Of a stretch of DNA of 42,135 bases, positions 33,426 to 40,924 are shown piece by piece. Position numbers and translations under genes: made by a program. How positions within the stretch are numbered: position 1 is the first letter of the stretch; every line of letters starts with the position of its first letter. The notes beneath the pieces are model-generated. The model ran no database searches, had not been told where the DNA came from, and worked only from the letters and a program-made list of their open reading frames with translations. The stretch is from a virus: IMG/VR virus record IMGVR_UViG_3300045988_041082; one strand, given 5' to 3'.

Positions 33426-35676
33426 AACCCCAAATTACAATTTGAACAAACCCGCACAAACTGATTTTTATGATGTGGATGTTCAAAATGAAAACATGGA
33501 TAAGATTGATACAGCTTTAGCTAATAAAGTTGATAAGGTTGTTGGAAAAGGCTTATCCACAAATGATTACAATGCAACAGACAAAGGAAAAGTTGATAAT
33601 CTTCCTACTGATACTAACACTGAACTTGGTAAGAAAGTTAATAATCAGACCTTTGACAACCATAAGAATGATACTAACATTCATACCACTTCTGCTGAAA
33701 AAGAAAAGTGGAACAAGGGTGTTCAGAAGGTAACTGGTGCTACTACTGGAAATTTATCCGTTTTTGATTCTGAAGGTGGAATTGTTGATTCCAACAAAAA
33801 GCCTTCTGATTTCCTTGGTTCTGCACATGGAACTGCAACCATTATTGGTGAACCTGGGCTTCATGGAATCCGCTATTGGAATGAAAAGCTGGAAGTTCTT
33901 GTTGATGGTGCTTGGAAACAGGCAAGCAGCGGTGTTGGTATTGAAGTTGATGTAACTGTTCCAACTGGTTCTGTTGTTACTGCTACTGATGGTGAAAATG
34001 TGGTAACTGGAACAGCAGTAAACAATGCCCTTAAAGTGGCACTTCCTAACTATGGAAGCTGGGTATTTTCCGCAACCCTTGATGGTGAAACAAGTAATAC
34101 TGTTACCCTGAATTGTGATACTTCCAAGGTTTACAGTGTTACCCTTACTTATTTCACTGCAACAATCAAGGTAACTGCTAAAAGCGGTTCTGTTGTAACC
34201 ATTAAGAAGGGTTCTGTTGTTCAGACTGCTACAAGCACTGGAACTGCAACCTTCACTGTTAAGGAAGCTGGAACATATTCTGTTTATGCTACTTATGATG
34301 GTGTAAATTCCAACACTGTAATTGTAAATGCAACTACAAGCGGTGGAAGCTATACTGCAAGTGTTTCCTTTATTACCCTTACTGTTTCCATCAAAACTGG
34401 TTCAACTGTTGTTGTAACTAAGGGTTCTTATTCTTACAGTAAGGTAAGCACTGGAACAGCAGTGTTCTATTTGCCTGAAACTGGAACTTGGAGTGTAACA
34501 GCTTCGCTTTCAGGTGATACGGCAACTGGAACTATCAGTTGTTCTTCCTACACTGCTTATAGCATTACCCTGAATTACTTCAAAATCTTTGGTGTAAGCA
34601 TTGACCTTACCAATTCTGACCCCGCTTCAGCAGTTACTTACACTGATGATGCTGTTGGAATGACTGCTGGGGGTTCTGCTTGGGATTCTGAACCCATCTT
34701 CAAGGATATTAAGCCTTGCTTGCTTTTGAATGGTGTGGTTCAGAAATACCTTAACAAGAACAACTTTGCACAAGATGAAGATGGGAACAGTGCTGATATT
34801 ACAAGTGGTTCTGCTGGTGATGTAATGGTTGAAATTCCTAAGTGTGGTGTTAAAATTGCTACTTCAGGAAACACATTAACTATTAAGATTACAGATAATC
34901 CAAATGCTACTGCTGATGGCTTCCATTATTATGCACATACAAGGGCAACTGAAGGTGATTGTGATAAGCTTTATATTGGTGCTTATGTTGGTTACAGTTC
35001 CAGTAGTAAGCTTAGAAGTTTAAGCGGAAAATCCCCTACTGTTGATAAGACCATTGGGGCATTTAGAACATTGGCACAAGCTAATGGTGATGGATATGAC
35101 CAAATTTCCTTCTATCCTTTGACCTTGCTTCAGTGCTTGTTCCTTATCCGTTATAAGAACAGGAATTCCCAAACTGCACTTGGTAGGGGTTATGTTGATG
35201 GTTCTGCAAAAACTAACACTGGTGCAACCAATGCAAATGGTATGTACTATGGCAGCACTTCAGGAACAACCCATGTTAAGTTTGCTGGTATTGAAGATTT
35301 TTGGGGGAATATTTTCTATTTCATTGATGGTATTTACAGTGATTCCAGCAGAAATATTCTTACTGCTTTTGATAACTTCAACGATACTGGCAGCGGTTAC
35401 ACAAGTAGAGGACAGGGGGCAACTTCTAATATTGGTAACTATATGAGTAAGCCCCAAGGCACAACTGAAACAGGCTTTATTGCAAAAGAAGTTAATGGTT
35501 CTTCCACAACTCACTTCTGCGATTACGCTACTTTGAACGCTTCCCGCGTGGCTTATTTCGGTGGCTATTGGAATTATGGTGATGTTGCGGGTGCTTTTCG
35601 GCTTGGTGTGTATCTTTCGGCTTCGAGTTCGAGTTCGTATTATGGCGGTCGGCTGATGTATTTGAAGGCATCCTAA
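33418..35676 (+). CDS. Tail fibre / receptor-binding protein and DGR target. It has a conserved phage-fibre N-terminus, repeated beta-sandwich modules, and a C-terminal CLec-like domain that carries the variable repeat.
   Basis: MSKTPNYNLNKPAQTDFYDVDVQNENMDKID N-terminus; internal roughly 40-aa TGT/SGS-rich repeats. The last 149 nt before the stop are homologous to the downstream TR, with A-specific differences. Confidence 0.85.
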   Translation: MSKTPNYNLNKPAQTDFYDVDVQNENMDKIDTALANKVDKVVGKGLSTNDYNATDKGKVDNLPTDTNTELGKKVNNQTFDNHKNDTNIHTTSAEKEKWNKGVQKVTGATTGNLSVFDSEGGIVDSNKKPSDFLGSAHGTATIIGEPGLHGIRYWNEKLEVLVDGAWKQASSGVGIEVDVTVPTGSVVTATDGENVVTGTAVNNALKVALPNYGSWVFSATLDGETSNTVTLNCDTSKVYSVTLTYFTATIKVTAKSGSVVTIKKGSVVQTATSTGTATFTVKEAGTYSVYATYDGVNSNTVIVNATTSGGSYTASVSFITLTVSIKTGSTVVVTKGSYSYSKVSTGTAVFYLPETGTWSVTASLSGDTATGTISCSSYTAYSITLNYFKIFGVSIDLTNSDPASAVTYTDDAVGMTAGGSAWDSEPIFKDIKPCLLLNGVVQKYLNKNNFAQDEDGNSADITSGSAGDVMVEIPKCGVKIATSGNTLTIKITDNPNATADGFHYYAHTRATEGDCDKLYIGAYVGYSSSSKLRSLSGKSPTVDKTIGAFRTLAQANGDGYDQISFYPLTLLQCLFLIRYKNRNSQTALGRGYVDGSAKTNTGATNANGMYYGSTSGTTHVKFAGIEDFWGNIFYFIDGIYSDSSRNILTAFDNFNDTGSGYTSRGQGATSNIGNYMSKPQGTTETGFIAKEVNGSSTTHFCDYATLNASRVAYFGGYWNYGDVAGAFRLGVYLSASSSSSYYGGRLMYLKAS
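35517..35665 (+). repeat. DGR variable repeat (VR) at the 3' end of the tail-fibre gene.
   Basis: 149-bp gap-free alignment to 35722-35870 with a constant offset of 205 bp; 32 mismatches, 29 of them where the TR has A. Confidence 0.8.
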
Positions 35677-35721
35677 AGCACTAAATTAACAAATATTGGC
35701 AACTAAAGATTAGGAAAGTAC

Positions 35722-35870
35722 AAACGATAACACTAATTTGAACACTTCCCACTTGGCTAATTTCAGTGGCAATTGGAATAATGGTGATAATGCAGGTACT
35801 TTTCAGCTTAATGTGAATCATTCAGCTTCGAATTCGAATTCGAATTATGGCAGTCAGCAAATGTTTCTGA
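35722..35870 (+). repeat. DGR template repeat (TR), rich in A and AAY codons. The 61-aa ORF 35738..35923 is the TR, not a gene.
   Basis: See VR. The TR retains A at all 29 positions where the VR differs. Its 3' end diverges from the VR (IMH versus IMH*-like). Confidence 0.8.
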
Positions 35871-35872
35871 TT

Positions 35873-35900
35873 GATTGCCCCCGCCTTCCATTAGGGCGGG
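35873..35900 (+). other. GC-rich hairpin (GCCCCCGCC / GGCGGGGGC) immediately 3' of the TR, in the TR-RT spacer. Possibly a structural element of the DGR RNA.
   Basis: 9-bp GC inverted repeat with an 8-nt loop in otherwise AT-rich DNA. Confidence 0.45.
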
Positions 35901-36041
35901 GGCTTCAATATAAATTGCCTTAGTTGCCATGCCCCTTGGCAAAATATAAAAACCTTTTACACTGTATTAGTAGACCTTGCCCATTCGCAAGGGTTGAAAG
36001 TTCGGTATTAAAAAACATCAAAAGAAAGTTCAGGTGAAACA

Positions 36042-37106
36042 TTGAAAAGATACGGAAACATATATGAAAAAATCTATGATATGGAAAACCTGAAGGAAGC
36101 ACATAGAAACGCAAGGAAAGATAAGCTGTTTTATAAAGAAGTGAAAATGGTTGATTCAAACCCTGAATTTTATCTTACCCAAATTCAGCAGATGCTAAAG
36201 GATAAAACTTACAAGGTAAGCCCTTACACTGTTCAGAAGATATGGGATAAGGACAAAGAAAGGGAATTGATGAAGCTTCCTTACTTCCCTGATAGAATTA
36301 TTCAATGGGCGGTAATGATTCAGATTGAAGATGTATTTCATGAAGTGTTCACAGATTTCACTTGTGCATCCTTAAGGAATCGTGGAATCCATAAAGCTTC
36401 TAAACTGCTTACCAAGTACATGAAGGATGTACCAGGAACAACATACTGTTTGAAGATTGATGTTTCTAAATTTTATCCGAACATCAACCATTGTGTATTG
36501 AAGAAGCTTCTTAGAAAGAAATTCAAGGATGCAGATTTGCTTGAATTGTTGGATTTAATCATTGATAGCATCCCTGGTGAAGTAGGTGTTCCAATTGGTT
36601 CATACCTTTCACAATATCTTGCAAACTTTTATCTTTCCTACTTTGACCACTGGTTAAAAGAAGAAATGGGTGTTAAGTATGTAGTAAGATACATGGATGA
36701 TATTGTAATTCTTCATCATTCTAAGGAATTTCTGCATTGGCTGAAAGATAGAATGGATGAATACCTTCAGGGAAACTTGAAGCTGAAAATCAAAGATAAT
36801 TGGCAAGTGTTCCCCACTAATTCAAGGGGTGTTGATTTTGTTGGTTATCGTCATTTTTTCGGTTTTAAGCTTTTGAGAAAGAAAACTTATAAACGCTTCA
36901 GGAAGCGGATGCTTTCTATTGCAAGAAAGATAAGAAAAGGAACATCAATCAGTTATAAAGATTGGTGTTCCTTTAATTCTTACAAAGGTTGGTTAGATTG
37001 GTGTGATTCCTTCAGATTGAAAATGAAGTATGTTGTTCCAATTCAAGCTGCTATGGATGAATATTATCTTTCAAAAATTAAAAGAAAGGCGGTAATGCAA
37101 ACATGA
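36042..37106 (+). CDS. Diversity-generating retroelement reverse transcriptase (Brt-like).
   Basis: N-terminus MKRYGNIYEKIYDMENLKEA parallels BPP-1 Brt; RT motifs PYFPDRIIQWAV, SKFYPNINH, the DGR-specific VGVPIGSYLSQYLANFYL (IGxxxSQ), RYMDDIVIL and NSRGVDFVGYRHF. No maturase or endonuclease domain. TTG start with SD AGGTGA. Confidence 0.9.
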   Translation: MKRYGNIYEKIYDMENLKEAHRNARKDKLFYKEVKMVDSNPEFYLTQIQQMLKDKTYKVSPYTVQKIWDKDKERELMKLPYFPDRIIQWAVMIQIEDVFHEVFTDFTCASLRNRGIHKASKLLTKYMKDVPGTTYCLKIDVSKFYPNINHCVLKKLLRKKFKDADLLELLDLIIDSIPGEVGVPIGSYLSQYLANFYLSYFDHWLKEEMGVKYVVRYMDDIVILHHSKEFLHWLKDRMDEYLQGNLKLKIKDNWQVFPTNSRGVDFVGYRHFFGFKLLRKKTYKRFRKRMLSIARKIRKGTSISYKDWCSFNSYKGWLDWCDSFRLKMKYVVPIQAAMDEYYLSKIKRKAVMQT

Positions 37107-37348
37107 AAGATGTTGGTTATGTAACTGGCAGTGCTGCACAAGCACAAGAATTGGTTATTGGAACTGATGTGGTGTATGTTCATTCTGAAATTACATTGGT
37201 TGAACCTAAAGAGGGTGAAGAAAGACCTTCCCCAATTTACCGTTACCATGAAATTCAGTATGAAAAGAATGAATACATCAAACTGATGGCTGAACAGAAT
37301 AAGGAACTTTCAAACCTTATGAATACTATGTTGGGGGTGAATGAATAA
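37103..37348 (+). CDS. Hypothetical protein (81 aa), in the XkdW/XkdX position.
   Basis: ORF with an ATGA overlap onto the RT stop. Confidence 0.45.
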   Translation: MKDVGYVTGSAAQAQELVIGTDVVYVHSEITLVEPKEGEERPSPIYRYHEIQYEKNEYIKLMAEQNKELSNLMNTMLGVNE

Positions 37349-37776
37349 TGGCAGATAAAGAACTTGTTGCAAAGCAGATGAACAGATTTTTTCAAATTAT
37401 GGCACAGCAAATGAACCTTGATGATGAAACTGCAATGGAAATTGCTGATTTGTATGAACCTTGGGAAGTTGGTAAATCTTATGCTGTTGGAAAAATTGTA
37501 AAGTATGGAACTAATGCTGATGGTGAAACACAGCTTTATTCTGTACTTCAAGCACACACTTCACAATTTGATTGGCTTCCTGACCTTACCCCTTCGCTTT
37601 ATAAAAAAGTTGGATTTGATGATTCAGGCATTCCAATTTGGACACAGCCCCTTGGTGCATCAGATGCTTATGCTAAAGGTGATGTTGTAACCCATAACAA
37701 CAAAACCTGGGTAAGTGATGTTGATGCTAATGTATGGGAACCTGGTGTTTATGGTTGGACTGAACAAGCATCTTAA
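37348..37776 (+). CDS. Hypothetical protein (142 aa), in the post-fibre position.
   Basis: SD GGGGGTGA before ATG 37348. Confidence 0.45.
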   Translation: MADKELVAKQMNRFFQIMAQQMNLDDETAMEIADLYEPWEVGKSYAVGKIVKYGTNADGETQLYSVLQAHTSQFDWLPDLTPSLYKKVGFDDSGIPIWTQPLGASDAYAKGDVVTHNNKTWVSDVDANVWEPGVYGWTEQAS

Positions 37777-37794
37777 AGAAAGGAAGGTGAAGCT

Positions 37795-38088
37795 ATGACT
37801 GTTGAAATTGGGGTTGTCATTTCCGTAATTTCATTGATTATTTCTATTGTTGTTGGGGTTAGCGGTATGAAAAGAAATGCAAGAAATGATGATAAGAAGG
37901 ATGCTTCAGAATTAACTACTGTAATTGTGAAGCTTGAAAATATCGGCAGTGATATTAAGGACATTAAAACGGATTTGCGTGATGTAAAGCAAGATATTCA
38001 GCATCATGCAGAAAAGCTTGTTAAGCTGGAACAGCAAGTAAAAGTGTTGAACAAAACTGTTTTTCACAGTGATAATTCAGATGAATAA
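37795..38088 (+). CDS. Small membrane protein with an N-terminal TM helix and a coiled coil (XhlA-like, lysis-associated).
   Basis: IGVVISVISLIISIVVGV TM segment, then a charged coiled coil; SD AAAGGAAGGTGA. Confidence 0.4.
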   Translation: MTVEIGVVISVISLIISIVVGVSGMKRNARNDDKKDASELTTVIVKLENIGSDIKDIKTDLRDVKQDIQHHAEKLVKLEQQVKVLNKTVFHSDNSDE

Positions 38089-38455
38089 GAAGAATAAAGA
38101 ATATTCCAAAAGAATTTTATTTTGGGCTATGCTTATCTTCTGCATCAATTTGTTTTGTTCCCTTCTGTTTAGTTGGTATGGGAAAGATACATCAATTTTC
38201 ATGTATTCCATACCAACAACAGGGGGAATTTTTGGTTCAGCAATTGTGTTCTATCTTAACAAGGCAAAGCTGGAAAATGTGTGTAAAGGGAAAATTCAAT
38301 TCTTCAAGTTCAAAATGAAATGGCTTGAAAAACATCCTGAACATCAAATTCAAATTGAAAATGAACTTTCAAACATTGATTCAGCACTAACAAGCAAGAT
38401 TGATTCAGAAATGGAAGCTGCTATTTCTGAAGAAATAACAATTCAAAATTATTGA
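38081..38455 (+). CDS. Membrane protein with two predicted TM helices (holin or antiholin candidate).
   Basis: ILFWAMLIFCINLFCSLLF and SIPTTGGIFGSAIVFYL hydrophobic segments. The start is ATG 38081. Confidence 0.4.
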   Translation: MNKKNKEYSKRILFWAMLIFCINLFCSLLFSWYGKDTSIFMYSIPTTGGIFGSAIVFYLNKAKLENVCKGKIQFFKFKMKWLEKHPEHQIQIENELSNIDSALTSKIDSEMEAAISEEITIQNY

Positions 38456-38471
38456 AAGGTAGGTACTTAGT

Positions 38472-38693
38472 ATGAAAATCAATTGGAAACAGAAATTAAC
38501 CAGTAGAAAATTTTGGGCAGCGGTTGTTGGTTTTGTAACAGCTATTTTGGTTGCCTTTGGTGTTGGTGATTTAGAGATTGAACAAGTGGTAGCTGTTATT
38601 ACTGCTTCTGCAACTCTTATTGCTTACATTATCGGTGAAGGTATGGTTGATGCTGCAAGAATCAATAACGAAAATGAAAGTGAAGGTGAATAA
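38472..38693 (+). CDS. Holin, phage_holin_4_1-like.
   Basis: MKINWKQKLTSRKFWAAVVGFVTAILVAFG... N-terminal pattern typical of this holin family; sits immediately upstream of the endolysin. Confidence 0.65.
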   Translation: MKINWKQKLTSRKFWAAVVGFVTAILVAFGVGDLEIEQVVAVITASATLIAYIIGEGMVDAARINNENESEGE

Positions 38694-38695
38694 AT

Positions 38696-39712
38696 ATGGC
38701 TTACACAAACAGCCCCCTTGTTTCATACACTAAAATTTCCCCAAACAAAACTATCAACAGAAACAAGGCTATTGATAGAATTACCCCACATTGTGTTGTA
38801 GGGCAGTGCAGTGTTGAAACCTTGGGTAATATATTTGCCCCTACAAGTAGACAAGCTTCTTGCCAATATGGAATCGGTGTTGATGGTAGGGTTGGAATGT
38901 ATTGTGAAGAAAAAGACCGTTCTTGGTGTTCTTCCAGTGGTGCAAATGACCATAGAGCAATTACCATTGAATGTGCTTCAGATACAAAACATCCCTATGC
39001 TATGAATGATAAGGTTTACAACACCTTGATTGAACTTTGTGTTGATATTTGCAAGCGAAACGGAAAAAGCAAACTTATTTGGTTTGGTGATAAGGAAAAA
39101 ACCCTTGCTTACAAGCCTAAATCTGATGAAATGATTATTACAGTTCATAGATGGTTTGCTAATAAGTCTTGCCCTGGTGATTGGTTGTATGAACGATTAT
39201 ATGACCTTGCAAGCAAGGTAACTGAAAGGCTTAGTAAATCTTCAACAGAAAGCGGAAAGCCCCAAATAAACGAAAATATGACCACACAGAAGCTTTATAA
39301 GGTTCAAACTGGCGCATTCACTGTAAAAGCTAATGCAACAGCCCTTCAGAACAAGCTTAAAGCAAAGGGATTTGATACTTACATTGTTCAAGTTGGGAAG
39401 TATTATAAAGTTCAGGTTGGGGCTTACAAGGTTAAAACCAATGCTGAAGCTATGCTGAAGAAACTGAAAGAAGCTGGTTATGCTGATTCCTTTATTACCT
39501 ACACTGATTCAACTGAAAAAGAAAGTTCAAGTTCTGAAATCAAAGTTGGTGATAAAGTAAAAGTTTTGGTTGCAAAAACCTACACTGGAAAAGCCTTCAA
39601 ATTATATTATTCAAAATATGATGTGATTGAAGTTAATGGTGATAGGATTGTAATTGGCATTGGTAAAACTGTTACTGCTGCTGTTCATAAGGACAATCTG
39701 AAGAAGATTTAA
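38696..39712 (+). CDS. Endolysin: N-acetylmuramoyl-L-alanine amidase domain with two SPOR-like repeats and a C-terminal beta-rich (SH3-like) segment.
   Basis: ITPHCVVGQ...QASCQYGIGVDGRV...NDHRAITIECA (amidase_2-like); tandem KVQTGAF.VKANA..L..KLK..GF and KVQVGAYKVKTNAEAMLKKLKEAGY (SPOR). Confidence 0.75.
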   Translation: MAYTNSPLVSYTKISPNKTINRNKAIDRITPHCVVGQCSVETLGNIFAPTSRQASCQYGIGVDGRVGMYCEEKDRSWCSSSGANDHRAITIECASDTKHPYAMNDKVYNTLIELCVDICKRNGKSKLIWFGDKEKTLAYKPKSDEMIITVHRWFANKSCPGDWLYERLYDLASKVTERLSKSSTESGKPQINENMTTQKLYKVQTGAFTVKANATALQNKLKAKGFDTYIVQVGKYYKVQVGAYKVKTNAEAMLKKLKEAGYADSFITYTDSTEKESSSSEIKVGDKVKVLVAKTYTGKAFKLYYSKYDVIEVNGDRIVIGIGKTVTAAVHKDNLKKI

Positions 39713-39724
39713 GCATCAGAAATC

Positions 39725-39748
39725 TGTTACTAACCTGTTACTAACGCT
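39725..39748. repeat. 24-bp direct repeat, copy 1 (tandem TGTTACTAAC decamers). Candidate integrase arm-type site or attP element.
   Basis: TGTTACTAACCTGTTACTAACGCT; 23 of 24 identical to 39899-39922. Confidence 0.6.
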
Positions 39749-39817
39749 GATGATTTTAGGGTGTTTTTGACGGTTCAAGAACTTGAAGAACCCCTGAAAA
39801 CACTGAATTTACTGCAC

Positions 39818-39846
39818 TTGAAAAACTAACAGATTTATGGTATAAT
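39818..39846 (+). promoter_or_regulatory. Near-consensus sigma-A promoter with an extended -10 (TTGAAA-17-TGgTATAAT), inside the candidate attP. It faces the terminator 39859-39896, predicting a transcript of about 45 nt.
   Basis: TTGAAA 39818-39823, 17-nt spacer, TG 39838-39839, TATAAT 39841-39846. Confidence 0.45.
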
Positions 39847-39858
39847 ATTTCTAACTAA

Positions 39859-39896
39859 GCCCCAAACCTTTGATTTACAAGGGTTTGGGGCTTTTT
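39859..39896 (+). terminator. Intrinsic terminator: 10-bp GC stem GCCCCAAACC/GGTTTGGGGC followed by T5.
   Basis: Inverted repeat 39859-39868 / 39882-39891, loop of 13 nt, TTTTT 39892-39896. Confidence 0.7.
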
Positions 39897-39898
39897 CT

Positions 39899-39922
39899 TG
39901 TTACTAACTTGTTACTAACGCT
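39899..39922. repeat. 24-bp direct repeat, copy 2. It overlaps the last codons and stop of int.
   Basis: TGTTACTAACTTGTTACTAACGCT; the int C-terminal codons ...LVTS-stop are encoded by its reverse complement. Confidence 0.6.
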
Positions 39923-40923
39923 AAAGCATTTTGAAGTTCTTCAAGCGTTTTATGGGTGTAAACCCTTTCACCTACTTCATGGGATTTATGCCCCATCATT
40001 AAATCAATACAAACTTTATTTGCCCCCGCTGAATCAAGCCTACTTCTGAAAGTATGTCTGCATTCGTGGGGTGTGTGTTCCTGGTTCAGCTTCTTCATAA
40101 ATTGATTCCAAATGATGTAGTATTGGCTATTTGAAATTTTCTTTCCATTAACGGAAATCAAATATTTGTTTCCTTCTTGAACCCTTGCTTTGACAAAATC
40201 CAAAATCAAAGGGTGGATTGGAACAATTCTATCTTTACCAGCTTTTGTTTTAACCCCGCCTTTAAAGTAAGGTATATCTTCCAGGTTAATCTTTGCAGTT
40301 TCCAAAGAAAGAAGTTCACTGATTCTAAATCCTGAATAAAGCAAAATTAAAATTGTATCTGCATCAGGTTCATCTTTCAGCTTCCAAACATCCTTTATTT
40401 CATCTTCAGTGAAAGGCTTTTTGCTTGAAGGTGGAATTGGTGCTGCATGAATCAGCATTGAATTCATCTTTGTTATTATATCAAGTTCCATAGCGTATTT
40501 ATCAAGTTGCCCCCATAGGTTCTTGATTGCCCCTTGGGTAGAATAACCTTTTCCACAATTATCAATTGATTCTTGCATCATATAAGCCTTGATTTTCTTA
40601 TAGGGCATATCCCAAAGCAACTTGCAGTGATTCATTGCTGATTTGAAGCTGGATGCACTTGATTTAGATATTTTTGGGAAATCCCTTTCAGACCATCTTT
40701 CATACAGTTCTTTCATTGTTATCTTGGATAAATCAATATCATAGGGATTTCTATTGTATTCAGCAAGGGCAATCATTGCTTCTTGCCTTGTTTTGTAATA
40801 TCCAACTGGTTTATAGATTGGTTGCCCTTTTTCATTCCATCCAACTGTTTTTCTTGCACAGAAGGGATTTCTTCTATTACCTGAAAGCTTTACAACTGAA
40901 CCATACCCATTAGGATTTTTCAA
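39904..40923 (-). CDS. int: Tyrosine integrase (phage integrase family, AP2-like N-terminal arm-binding domain).
   Basis: N-terminal NPNGYGSVVKLSGNRRNPFCARKTV...YYKTRQEAMIALAEYN; catalytic HECRHTFRS...GH..H...Y (R-H-R-Y family). Likely TTG start at 40923 with SD AAGAAGGGA. The ORF-track start 40977 lies inside the CTTGAACAA repeats. Confidence 0.9.
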   Translation of the reverse strand: MKNPNGYGSVVKLSGNRRNPFCARKTVGWNEKGQPIYKPVGYYKTRQEAMIALAEYNRNPYDIDLSKITMKELYERWSERDFPKISKSSASSFKSAMNHCKLLWDMPYKKIKAYMMQESIDNCGKGYSTQGAIKNLWGQLDKYAMELDIITKMNSMLIHAAPIPPSSKKPFTEDEIKDVWKLKDEPDADTILILLYSGFRISELLSLETAKINLEDIPYFKGGVKTKAGKDRIVPIHPLILDFVKARVQEGNKYLISVNGKKISNSQYYIIWNQFMKKLNQEHTPHECRHTFRSRLDSAGANKVCIDLMMGHKSHEVGERVYTHKTLEELQNALALVTS

Positions 40924-40924
40924 G

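Noticed and set aside
35738-35923. 61-aa ORF (MNTSHLANFSGNWNNGDNAGTFQLN...) downstream of the tail-fibre gene
   Set aside because: It is the DGR template repeat read as protein. It is nucleotide-homologous to the tail-fibre 3' end, has no SD, and its Asn-rich content reflects the AAY-rich TR design. It is not a gene.
36042-37106. Possibility that the reverse transcriptase belongs to a group II intron or retron
   Set aside because: It has no maturase (X) or HNH domain, no intron RNA domain V-like structure nearby, and no retron msr/msd inverted repeats. It has the IGxxxSQ motif, a Brt-like N-terminus and an adjacent A-mutagenised VR/TR pair, all of which argue for a DGR.
39850-39900. tRNA or tmRNA fragment at the candidate attP core
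   Set aside because: No cloverleaf or T-arm/acceptor pairing is discernible beyond the single terminator hairpin. It cannot be supported from sequence alone.
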